Positions 20,659 to 29,532 of a stretch of 64,000 nt of DNA are shown here, in pieces. The position numbers were made by a program, and so were the translations under genes. Source of the DNA: Chloroflexota bacterium (lineage in GTDB: Bacteria; Chloroflexota; UBA11872; VXNJ01); NCBI GenBank assembly GCA_965261345.1, contig OZ253449.1:2080001-2144000 (forward strand), written 5' to 3'. The notes under the pieces were generated by a model. It had not been told where the DNA came from. It did no database searches and worked only from the letters and a program-made list of their open reading frames with translations. Position 1 is the first letter of the stretch. Every line of letters begins with the position of its first letter.

Positions 20659-20725
20659 CTCAGCAGGATAGAGCGTATGGTTGCGGACCATAAGGTCGGA
20701 GGTTCGAATCCTCTCGAGGACGCCA
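20649..20725 (+). tRNA. tRNA-Arg(GCG)
   Basis: Acceptor GTCCTCG/CGAGGAC, D arm GCTC/GAGC with A20, anticodon stem TATGG/CCATA around loop TTGCGGA, T arm GGAGG-TTCGAAT-CCTCT, discriminator G and encoded CCA. Confidence 0.95.
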
Positions 20726-20754
20726 GGCCGAAAAATCCTTAGATCGGCTTTATT
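20726..20754 (+). terminator. Possible terminator downstream of the tRNA
   Basis: GGCCGA...TCGGCT stem followed by TTATT; lies between the tRNA and the convergent ABC gene. Confidence 0.4.
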
Positions 20755-20757
20755 GGG

Positions 20758-22663
20758 TCAGCGATACGACTGCGCCTGCATTTCAAACAGTCGCGCGTAC
20801 TCTCCGCCGCAGGCGATCAGTTCGGCGTGAGTTCCTTGCTCTAGGACCCGGCCACCTTCGATGACAATGATCCGATCGGCAATCCGCACTGTGGTGAAGC
20901 GATGCGAAATCAGCACTGCCATTCGATCCTTGGTCAGATCGCGGATCTGACGGAAGACCTCGGCTTCCGATTCCACGTCCAGCGCAGCGGTCGGTTCGTC
21001 GAGCACTAGCAACTGGGAATCGCGCATGAATCCGCGCGAGAGGGCAATTTTTTGCCATTCACCGCCGGACAGGTTGGTTCCACCACCGCCGAACCAGCGC
21101 CCCAGCTGGGTCTGATAGCCGTGCTCTAAGTTGGCGATGATCGGATCGGCACCGCCCTGGCTGGCGGCCCGTTCTATCCGCTCCAGGTCGTCGACCCTGG
21201 TGATCTCGCCGAACCCGATGTTGTTGGCGGCAGTTTCCTGGTACGTGCCAAAGTCCTGGAAGATTACCCCGATCTGTGAGCGCAAATCGGCCACGTCATA
21301 TTGCCGAATGTCCTTCCCGTCGAGCAGGATCTGCCCCTCGTCGACGTCATAAAAGCGCGCCAGGAGCTTGATCGTGGTGGTTTTTCCGGCGCCGTTTATC
21401 CCGACGATGGCTACTTTTTCACCGGGTCGGATCGCAAATGAAAGGCCGGTAAGGACCGGCTGAACGGTTCCCGGATATGTAAACGTCACGTTCCTAAATT
21501 CAATTCCTCCGCTTATCGGTCGTGGGACCCGCGCTCCCCCGCTGCGGTTGGGCACAAAAGGGACGAACTCCAAGAAGTCGTAAAAGTTCTTAACGAACAG
21601 GCCGCGTTCGTAGAGCGCGGCAACGCTCCCTAGGGCCAGGGCGGTGGTCTGAACGGTCTGCTGATAAGCCTGAAAAAAGAGGGAGATATCGCCGAGCGGC
21701 AACTGCCCCCGGAAGACCCCGATCGTCACGTAAACGAATACCGCCCCGCCGCCGAGCGCCCCCAGGGCCGAGAGCAGAAATCCGGCGCGATTGGTGCGGA
21801 TCAGCAGGCTTCGGTTTTGCTGATGAAAGCGGTCGAAGGTCTTTCGGTAAATGTTGATCAGGAAACGACCTAGGTCAAAAATCCGCATCTCCTTGATGTA
21901 GCTATCGTTGGTAATGAGCCAGCGGTAGTCCCGCCGGCAGCAGCAGCCGAGTCGGCGTCTCTGACGATCCGCCCCAGGAACCGGCGGCGCTGTTTAGGCC
22001 AACCGGCGAACCAGCGGCGATCGAAAGGTCAGCAGCCGGTAGCGCTCGCGTGAATACATGAGCTTCGACGACCAGCCCAGGACCGGTGGTCGCCAGGACT
22101 ACCGCCACCACCCACCAGGAGAGCGTAAATAGCAGCCCGATCATCATGATCAGGGTGATGGCACTCTGGACCAGGGAGAAGGCCTCGTTTACGATCTGCA
22201 CCGGCCCCTCGCGGGCCTCGCGCTGGGCGTTTTCCAAGCGGTCGTAGAACGCCGGATTTTCAAAGTAGGAAATATCCAGCGACTCGGATTTCGTCAGGAT
22301 CATCAAATTGGTGCGGTTGGAAAAGAGGTCTCCCAGGGTGCCGCGCACGGCGGCGATCGCAGAACGGGCGCCGGATCCAGTCAGCTGGGCCAGGATATTG
22401 AGCAGCAGCATGGTCAGGATCGGTCGCAGTTCGGTGCCGCCTTGGCCGGTTAGGGCAACCCCGACCAGGTCCATGATCTGCTTGAAGGTCCAGACCTGGG
22501 CGGCCGGCACCATGGCGGCCAGGATCGTTAGCCCGCCCAGGAGCAGGGTCAGCGCCGGGCTGGTGTCAAACACCAGCAGCATCACCCTGGCCGCATAGCG
22601 CATCGCCTCGGGAAATCGGGCGACGCGAAACTGGGCCTGCTCGCGGCCGCGCCGCGCCGACAT
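20758..22663 (-). pseudogene. ABC exporter (fused TMD+NBD) interrupted by a +1 frameshift (22064-22065) and a 66-bp insert (21929-21994)
   Basis: N-terminal part has FENPAFYDRLENA. C-terminal part has GINGAGKTT, LSGGEWQKIALSR, LDEPT and ISHRF. Removing both lesions gives a continuous ORF of about 612 aa. Confidence 0.82.
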
Positions 22664-22703
22664 CTAGCTCAGGCTGCTCCCCCGCCGGTGCGCGGCGAAC
22701 TGG

Positions 22704-24359
22704 TTAGTTGAGCCGCTCAAGCCCGAACTGCTCTAGGTAGTTAGACATAACCGGGTCGGGCTTGGTCATGACCTCGACGATGAAGGGGTTGCCGGCCGCG
22801 GCGGCGGCCAATCCCCGGGCAAATGCCGGGTCCAATTGCTCGGATCGTTCGATCCGAATTGCCTCCACCCCCAACGCTCGGCCAAGATCGGCGTAGTTGC
22901 CCCCCAACCGATCGGATTGATAGCGCGCCGCCGCGGTCGGCATGTGCTTTACATAACCGGACATGGCACGATTGTTGAGGATGACGGTTAGCACCCCGAT
23001 GTTGTTGCGGGCGGCGGTCTCAAAGTCGGTGCCGGCCATTCCGACCGCGGTATCGCCCATGATGTTGATGACGGTTTTGTGCGGGCATGCCAATTTCGCC
23101 CCGTAGGCCAGGCCCAATCCGTAACCGAGCTGGGTCGACTTGCCCCAACCAATGTAATAACCGCCCGGGCGCGAGCGCCAGAAGGGAGCCGTCTGGTCGC
23201 GCGGAAACCCCGAATCGTGGGTAACGATCGTCTCATCAAGGTCCACTCCGGCCATCAGGCGGGCGATGACGTGGTAGGGTCCCAATGGCTCCGAACTGTC
23301 CGAGATGCGATCCTGCCATTGCGCCTTCCAGCGCTGGAATGCGGCGGCGATTTCCGGTCCGGGATCGACCGTTTTAGGGATTCGGCGCCCGGCTACCTCC
23401 GCTAACAACTGCGAGAGCACCAGGTCAACGTCGCCTAGCACCGCGTGGACCACAGGGTAATCCTTTTGCAGGTCGACCTCGCTATCGATGACTTGCACCA
23501 GGTTGGAATGCAAAGGGAGACTGGCTTGCTGGTTGGCAATCGTAAAACTCGAACCCAGGCCCAGCACTAGGTCGGCGCCGGCCACAAACTGGCAGGCCGG
23601 GAGGGTGTTGGCCTTGCCGAACACGCCCAGCGCCAGGCGGTGGTCCTCGGGGAAGGAACTCTTCCCATTCAGGGTTGTACAAACCGGTATCTGCAGTTTT
23701 TCAGCCAGTTCACGCAGGCGCTCTGCGGCATCCCCGTACAGGACCCCCGACCCGGCGTGGATCACCGGGCGCCGGGCGGCCAGCAGCAGGTCGGCTAATT
23801 TGCTAACGTCCTGCGGGTCACCCATCGAGCGATGGGTGCGAGTTGGCCGGTAGTTTTCGGCTTGGCCGGGAAATTCGGCCGCCCCGACATCCATCGGCAG
23901 TTGCAACAGCACCGGCCCTTTTTTGCCGTTGCGCAGCAGGGTAAAGGCCCGCCGAACTCGCTCCAGGGTCACGTCCGGGGATGCTATGTGCCCGGCCCAT
24001 TTGGTGATCGCACGGTAGTTGGGGACTGCGTCGAACATCGGGGTTACGTCGAGCCGGTTGGAGCGGTACGAGCCGGTCAACACCAGGATCGGAGTCGAGT
24101 CGGCAAACGCCTGGGCCACACCGCCAAAGGCGTTTTCGGCCCCGGGTCCGTACTGGACCGCCACCACCCCGATCTTTTTACCGCGGCTAACGCGGCTGTA
24201 ACCATCGGCCATGTTGATGATGGTTCGTTCGGTTCTTCCGATGATGGGCTTGATTCCGACTTCGGCGCAGGCGTCGATTACGGGGTTATGCGGGAATGCG
24301 AACAGATATTTAACACCCTCGGCTGCCAGTGCCCGGGCGATTGCTTGGTGGCAGTTCAT
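22704..24359 (-). CDS. Thiamine-pyrophosphate-requiring enzyme (acetolactate synthase superfamily)
   Basis: RTERTIINMADGYSR, QYGPGAEN, WGKSTQLGYG and TPP motif GDTA...LNN. Start at ATG 24359 (MNCHQA). Confidence 0.88.
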   Translation of the reverse strand: MNCHQAIARALAAEGVKYLFAFPHNPVIDACAEVGIKPIIGRTERTIINMADGYSRVSRGKKIGVVAVQYGPGAENAFGGVAQAFADSTPILVLTGSYRSNRLDVTPMFDAVPNYRAITKWAGHIASPDVTLERVRRAFTLLRNGKKGPVLLQLPMDVGAAEFPGQAENYRPTRTHRSMGDPQDVSKLADLLLAARRPVIHAGSGVLYGDAAERLRELAEKLQIPVCTTLNGKSSFPEDHRLALGVFGKANTLPACQFVAGADLVLGLGSSFTIANQQASLPLHSNLVQVIDSEVDLQKDYPVVHAVLGDVDLVLSQLLAEVAGRRIPKTVDPGPEIAAAFQRWKAQWQDRISDSSEPLGPYHVIARLMAGVDLDETIVTHDSGFPRDQTAPFWRSRPGGYYIGWGKSTQLGYGLGLAYGAKLACPHKTVINIMGDTAVGMAGTDFETAARNNIGVLTVILNNRAMSGYVKHMPTAAARYQSDRLGGNYADLGRALGVEAIRIERSEQLDPAFARGLAAAAAGNPFIVEVMTKPDPVMSNYLEQFGLERLN

Positions 24360-24500
24360 TTGTGATCGGGTCCTTGGCGCGGGTGCGTGCCCTTGGCCGC
24401 CGACGGCCAATGGCACTAGCGATTTTGACAGGACAGGTGGGCCGGCCCCTCCGGTGGCTCCTAGAATCGCCGCGCCGGATCCCGCACCACCGAGGCCTCG

Positions 24501-25784
24501 ATGACGATGCGACTGAAAATTTCCCCAAACCGCCGGTTCATCGTTACCGAAGGCGGATCGGCGTTTTTTTACCTGGGTGATACCGCCTGGCGCCTGCTCT
24601 ACCGGCTCGATCGTGGGCAGGTCGACCACTATCTCCAGGATCGCGCCGATAAGGGATTCAACGCGATCCAGATGGTGGTGTTTGACATTCGCTTCCAACC
24701 GAATCGGTCCGGCCATTCTCCGTACCAAGGCAATGACCCCACCCAACCCAACGAGGAGTTTTTCGCCCATCTGGACTGGGTCGTTGAAAGTTGCGAGCAG
24801 TTGGGAATGTTTGCCGTGATATTGCCCAACTGGGGCTACATCGTTACCGCCCGCTCACCCGGTGGCGAGCACTTCCTGGACTCGCCGCTGGTCGATATTT
24901 CCAATGCCTTCGCCCAGGGGCAGTATCTGGGCGGGCGCTACGCCGGACGCCAGGTGATCTGGATGCTTGGCGGCGATCAGCCTGAACACGGCAAGGCGGC
25001 CGTTTTTGCCGCCCAGGCCGCCGGGATCGCTGCCGGCGACGGAGGAGTCGGATTGATCACTTATCACCCACGCGGCCACCTCTCTTCCTCAGAATCTTTT
25101 CACGATGCCGCCTGGTGTGATTTCAATTCGATCCAGTCAGGACACGTGCTCGATAACCCCAACTGGCAGATGGTCGAGCACGACTACCAACTGACCCCGC
25201 CCAAGCCGGTAATCGACTCCGAGCCGATGTATGAGAACATGCCGCAGTATTTGCGTGACTTTGGTCCGCGGGCTGGAGCGTGGCACGTGCGCAAACAGGC
25301 CTACTGGGCGGTTTTTGCCGGGGCTTTTGGGCACACCTACGGCTGCAACGACGTTTTCATGTACTGGCAGCCGGGCGGTCAGAGTCCGACGTTTGGCGCC
25401 AATCTGCCCTGGGAGATTGCCCTGCAGTTGCCCGGATCACACCAGATGCGGTTTCTCCGGCGACTAATCGAGTCGATTCCCTACCTCTCGCGCGTACCCG
25501 ATAACGATCTGCTGGTAAGGGTCGATCGCATCGCCGATGCGGGCCATGTGTGCGCCACCAGCGCCGCCGCCCGCAGCCATGCGCTCGTCTATTCATCGCA
25601 CGGCTACGGCTTTACGGTGGACATGGGCGCGCTGGGCGGCGGGCAAATAGCCTGCAACTGGTTCGATCCGCGTTCGGGCGGCGAGACTGAGGTGTTTTGC
25701 CGGCCCGGCCGCGATTACCATAGTTTTCAGCCGCCCAAAACCGGCGAAGGATATGACTGGGTGTTAAGGCTCCAGGCAGTCTAG
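24501..25784 (+). CDS. DUF4038/GH140 apiosidase-like glycoside hydrolase with C-terminal collagen-binding-like domain
   Basis: FFYLGDTAW, GFNAIQ, IWMLGGD, TYHPRG, QSGH, KPVIDSEPMYE, GHTYG and WFDPRSG. No signal peptide. Confidence 0.85.
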   Translation: MTMRLKISPNRRFIVTEGGSAFFYLGDTAWRLLYRLDRGQVDHYLQDRADKGFNAIQMVVFDIRFQPNRSGHSPYQGNDPTQPNEEFFAHLDWVVESCEQLGMFAVILPNWGYIVTARSPGGEHFLDSPLVDISNAFAQGQYLGGRYAGRQVIWMLGGDQPEHGKAAVFAAQAAGIAAGDGGVGLITYHPRGHLSSSESFHDAAWCDFNSIQSGHVLDNPNWQMVEHDYQLTPPKPVIDSEPMYENMPQYLRDFGPRAGAWHVRKQAYWAVFAGAFGHTYGCNDVFMYWQPGGQSPTFGANLPWEIALQLPGSHQMRFLRRLIESIPYLSRVPDNDLLVRVDRIADAGHVCATSAAARSHALVYSSHGYGFTVDMGALGGGQIACNWFDPRSGGETEVFCRPGRDYHSFQPPKTGEGYDWVLRLQAV

Positions 25785-26872
25785 TTGGGTGGCGCTTGGC
25801 GCACCACCAGGTCGCCCGAGCGGACGTGCAAGTCGCGCTGCGGGAAGGGGATCTCGATCCCTGCTGCGTTGAATGTTTCATACCAGGTGCCCAGTAGATC
25901 AGTAACCGTGGTCAACCGCTTGCTCGGAGAATCGACCCAGGCAAAGACTCGAAAATTGAGCGACGATTCGCCGAATTCGGAAAAGAAAACCCTAGGTCCC
26001 GGATCGGCCATTACGTCGGGGTGCGCACCGACGGTCGTAGCTAGGATTTCCATTACCTGCGCCGGGTCTGAGCCATAGGCTACGCTTACCGTCGTATCGA
26101 TCCGGACCTGGGTGTTGGACAGGGTCCAGTTGTCGAGCTGGCTGGTAATCAGTTCCGAGTTGGGCATGATCACCTCGCTGCCTGAGAACTTGCGGATAAC
26201 AGTTGAGCGTAGCCCGATTGACTGGACAACTCCGGTCACACCGGAAATGCCGACGATATCACCGTCTTTGACCGGCCGCTCGATTAGTAGGATCACACCC
26301 GAAGCCAGGTTTTCAGCTATCCGTTGCATGCCGAATCCGATGCCCAACCCAATCGCCGAGAGCGGGAAAAGGATCACGTTCAGGTCAAATCCCAGGGTCG
26401 ATAAAGCAATGTAGAAACCGGCAAAAATTACCATTGAGCGGATCAGATTCACCAACAGCGATCCGACCGTGGTCGAGACCTCGAAGAGCGCTCCCGTCCA
26501 CTGCCGGACCAGCTCGGCGGCTAACTTGGCCAGCGACCAAGTGAGCCGGAAGATGATCGCAGTGCTCAGCAACCCGCCGACGGTTATATCGGCGCCTTCG
26601 ATGCTGCCGAAATAAACCGCGTTGAGGCCGATCGTCGCAAACGCCAGATAAAGCCCTGCAAGCACCACGACAACCCTAACCGTGTTCAGAACCGCCCGGT
26701 CCAATCCCTGTGAGAGGTCGTAGCGGGCGTGCAGCCAGGCGTAGGCAACCTTGGAGAGAATCCATGCCAGCAGCGGGGCACCGACAAGATAGACGAGCGT
26801 GAGCGTGAGGCGACCGGCGCTGAGGGTGTAGTCGCCGACCGCAAAAAGCTCCAGGTTCCAGTAGTCGGTCAT
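25781..26872 (-). CDS. Small-conductance mechanosensitive channel (MscS family)
   Basis: GLGIGFGMQ, NLASGVILLIERP, IGLRST, PNSELIT and GIEIPFPQRD. Confidence 0.93.
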   Translation of the reverse strand: MTDYWNLELFAVGDYTLSAGRLTLTLVYLVGAPLLAWILSKVAYAWLHARYDLSQGLDRAVLNTVRVVVVLAGLYLAFATIGLNAVYFGSIEGADITVGGLLSTAIIFRLTWSLAKLAAELVRQWTGALFEVSTTVGSLLVNLIRSMVIFAGFYIALSTLGFDLNVILFPLSAIGLGIGFGMQRIAENLASGVILLIERPVKDGDIVGISGVTGVVQSIGLRSTVIRKFSGSEVIMPNSELITSQLDNWTLSNTQVRIDTTVSVAYGSDPAQVMEILATTVGAHPDVMADPGPRVFFSEFGESSLNFRVFAWVDSPSKRLTTVTDLLGTWYETFNAAGIEIPFPQRDLHVRSGDLVVRQAPPN

Positions 26873-27030
26873 TTGCGCTCCCGCGGGCGGAGCCGCTTCA
26901 GGGCCCCAGATGGTTGCGCGATTCTAGGGACGCCGGGCCGAGCGCCGCTTGGCATTTAAGGCCAAACTAAATGGCTATGGACGAACCGCCCGCGGGCACA
27001 CAAGCGGCGTATTAAGGCAACTGGTGGCCG

Positions 27031-27792
27031 ATGAATGATGGAAATTTCGTAAAGCGCAAGGTCGAAGCCGGACAGGTTTCGGTCGGGGCTTTCCTGAACC
27101 TGGCCGCGCCGATGGCCGGCGAAGCCTGCATCGCTGCCGGCTACGAATGGGCGGTCGTCGATGCCGAACACGGCGCCTGGGACTTGAGCTCGACGACGGC
27201 CACCTTCACCGCGATCGAAGCTCGCGGCGGGATACCGATGGCCCGCGTCTGGGACCACGCCAAGGAGACGATCGCCCGAATACTGGATGCCGGATCGCTG
27301 GGCATCGTGCTGCCGCACGTCGCCACGGTGGAGCAGGCCGAAGCGCTGGTCGACGCCTGCCGTTACCCGCCACTCGGACACCGCTCGGTCGGATCGTCAC
27401 GGGCAACCCTGATGAATGATTCCTACCGGGGGCGTTGGGCCAATGACAACATCATGGTGATCCCGCAGATTGAAGACCCTCTTGGGGTGGCCAACGCCGC
27501 CGCCATCGCGAAGGTTGAGGGAATTGATTGCATGTTCATCGGTCCCAACGACCTGGCCCTGGAAATGGGGCTGGCCAGCGATCAGGCATTCGTCCACCCG
27601 GACCACCTGGCCGCACTCACGACGATTCTGGAAGCGGCCCGGTCGGCCGGCAAGCCGGCCGGAATTTCGGTGCGCGACGCCAAAACCGCCAACCCGTTCA
27701 TCGAGCAGGGCTTCACCTTTATCAATATGGGAAACGACTTTCGCCTGCTGCAGGCGGCCTGCGCTCGCGAACTGGCTGCGCTACGGACCTGA
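27031..27792 (+). CDS. HpcH/HpaI class II aldolase
   Basis: VDAEHG, LDAGSLGIVLPHV, RYPPLGHRS, QIE and FIGPNDL. Confidence 0.92.
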   Translation: MNDGNFVKRKVEAGQVSVGAFLNLAAPMAGEACIAAGYEWAVVDAEHGAWDLSSTTATFTAIEARGGIPMARVWDHAKETIARILDAGSLGIVLPHVATVEQAEALVDACRYPPLGHRSVGSSRATLMNDSYRGRWANDNIMVIPQIEDPLGVANAAAIAKVEGIDCMFIGPNDLALEMGLASDQAFVHPDHLAALTTILEAARSAGKPAGISVRDAKTANPFIEQGFTFINMGNDFRLLQAACARELAALRT

Positions 27793-28698
27793 ATGAGGCC
27801 CGCGCTCGGCCGGCGCCAGCTTGATCACCGGGTTTCTAAGGGTTCCAATTACCGGGTGTGAAATCTCGACCGTATCGCCGTCGGCCACCGCGCTGTCTTC
27901 TTCTACGATGATGCCGGTGCCGGTGGTCAGTATCGCCCCGGCGTGCAGCGGATTGTTGCGGGTCAAATAGGCGGTCAAGTCGGAAAATTTTCGGCGGATC
28001 TGATCCAACCGGACCTCCCCTGCAAATATCTCGTTGCCGCCCCGAAGGATTCGCGCCCGCAATGTACCTTCGCGCGGGTCGCCCATATCGTCCGGGGTAA
28101 CCAGCACCGGACCGATCGCGATGCAACCGTAGAAGACCTTCGACTGGGGCAGATACAGTGGGTTGGCCCGCTCAATGTCCCAGGCCGAGTTGTCGTTGCA
28201 GAGGGTGTAGGCCAAAATTTGGCCGTCCGATCCCAACACTAGCGCCAACTCCGGCTCGGGCGCGGTAAATTCTGAATCCGACCGCACGGTGACCGGTTCG
28301 CCGTGGCCGACCGCGTGCCGGTAGTCGCCTTTGTAGAAGAGTTCGGGCCGATCGGCCAGGTAAACCTCGTCGTAGATTCCGGTCGGTGCCTCCATGTCGG
28401 CGTCGCGAAATTCGGCGCTCCGGGCATAGGTAACGCCCGCGCCCCAGGCCTCGGGAATTCGTAGTGGAACGCTTAGGCGCAACTGCCGGTCCGTTCCAGG
28501 GTCGAGCAGATCGTTCAGGCTGGGCCCGGGTTTGGCGCCGGCCGAGCCCGCCACCGATTGCAGGTTCTGGCCAGCAGCATCGGCCTGCACCACCAGGTCG
28601 AGCAGGTTGCCCACCGCGGTGAAGGTTTCGACCCGGTCGCCCAGCACCCGGCCACAGCGCGGGCGGCCGTCAGCGTCGATATAAGAAAGTAATTTCAT
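27781..28698 (-). CDS. Fumarylacetoacetate hydrolase family protein (2-keto-3-deoxypentonate dehydratase/XylX-like)
   Basis: WGAGVTYARS, RPELFYK, PEPELAL, CNDNSAWDIERANPLYLPQSK and TGTG. Confidence 0.85.
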   Translation of the reverse strand: MKLLSYIDADGRPRCGRVLGDRVETFTAVGNLLDLVVQADAAGQNLQSVAGSAGAKPGPSLNDLLDPGTDRQLRLSVPLRIPEAWGAGVTYARSAEFRDADMEAPTGIYDEVYLADRPELFYKGDYRHAVGHGEPVTVRSDSEFTAPEPELALVLGSDGQILAYTLCNDNSAWDIERANPLYLPQSKVFYGCIAIGPVLVTPDDMGDPREGTLRARILRGGNEIFAGEVRLDQIRRKFSDLTAYLTRNNPLHAGAILTTGTGIIVEEDSAVADGDTVEISHPVIGTLRNPVIKLAPAERGPHSGP

Positions 28699-28713
28699 GG
28701 TTGCCGATGTCTC

Positions 28714-29532
28714 CTAATTGGTCGTTACAAATATTCGAAGCGACTGCGATCGGGTGCCGAACATGCGTGCCGCCGATCCGGTCGGGATGGCCAGCTCCAG
28801 ATGGCCGGAGCTACCGATCAGGGATACCAGATGATCGTATTTGGTATAGGCGTGGGCCAGGTTACCAAGTTCGAGGCGCCGCACCCCGTCATGGACTGCG
28901 ACCCTGGTGCGGGCCGGGTCCTTTATCTGGTCGGTGCGGATGTTTGTAATCAGATTGCCAAAGTGATCCTGGTGGATGACCCTGCCCTCGATCTCGCCAT
29001 CGCTTCGTCGGGTGGCGGGGAGCTGCAGGCGTACCGGGTTGGGCAACGGGCTGGCGATGTCGGCCAGCAGCGCGGCGAGGTCGTCCGGCTCGGTCACGGC
29101 CAGGTGGGCGGCTGCCGGGGCAAATATGTCGCGCCCCTCGAACGTGGGCGCCACGTCATTGCGCCAGTAGGACGGGTTGTCGAGCTCGTAAAAATCGGCG
29201 CGTTCGCCCGATGCCGCCAAGTCGGCGGCGAGCGGCCAGAGGATTCCGTTGTCGGGACCCACCAGGAACAGGTCGGTGGTAACCAGCAGCGCCCGCGCCC
29301 GGGCGCTGCCCACCCCGGGGTCGACCACCGCAATCACCACTGCACCGGAGGGCAGGGCGCCGACGGCGGTACCGAGCATGAAGGCACCGTGGGTTACGTC
29401 GTGGGGCCGGACCGAATGCGAGATGTCGATGACCGGACTGTCCGGTGCCATCCCGGCGATGATCGATTTGAGCTGACCCACGTAGCTGTCGGTCGATCCG
29501 AAATCGCTAAGCAGGGCGATCGGGCGGCTCAT
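28714..29532 (-). CDS. SAM hydroxide adenosyltransferase / chlorinase-fluorinase family (DUF62)
   Basis: LLSDFG, IDISH, VVDPGVG, GPDNG, TFEGRDIF, DHFGNLITN and GSSGHLELA. Confidence 0.9.
   Translation of the reverse strand: MSRPIALLSDFGSTDSYVGQLKSIIAGMAPDSPVIDISHSVRPHDVTHGAFMLGTAVGALPSGAVVIAVVDPGVGSARARALLVTTDLFLVGPDNGILWPLAADLAASGERADFYELDNPSYWRNDVAPTFEGRDIFAPAAAHLAVTEPDDLAALLADIASPLPNPVRLQLPATRRSDGEIEGRVIHQDHFGNLITNIRTDQIKDPARTRVAVHDGVRRLELGNLAHAYTKYDHLVSLIGSSGHLELAIPTGSAARMFGTRSQSLRIFVTTN

Noticed and set aside
26880-27009. Inverted repeats CCCGCGGGCGG/CCGCCCGCGGG and CGCCGCTTG/CAAGCGGCG in the mscS-hpcH gap
   Set aside because: Almost all G/C and partly self-palindromic; no other copies noticed, so insufficient for a MITE or RNA call.
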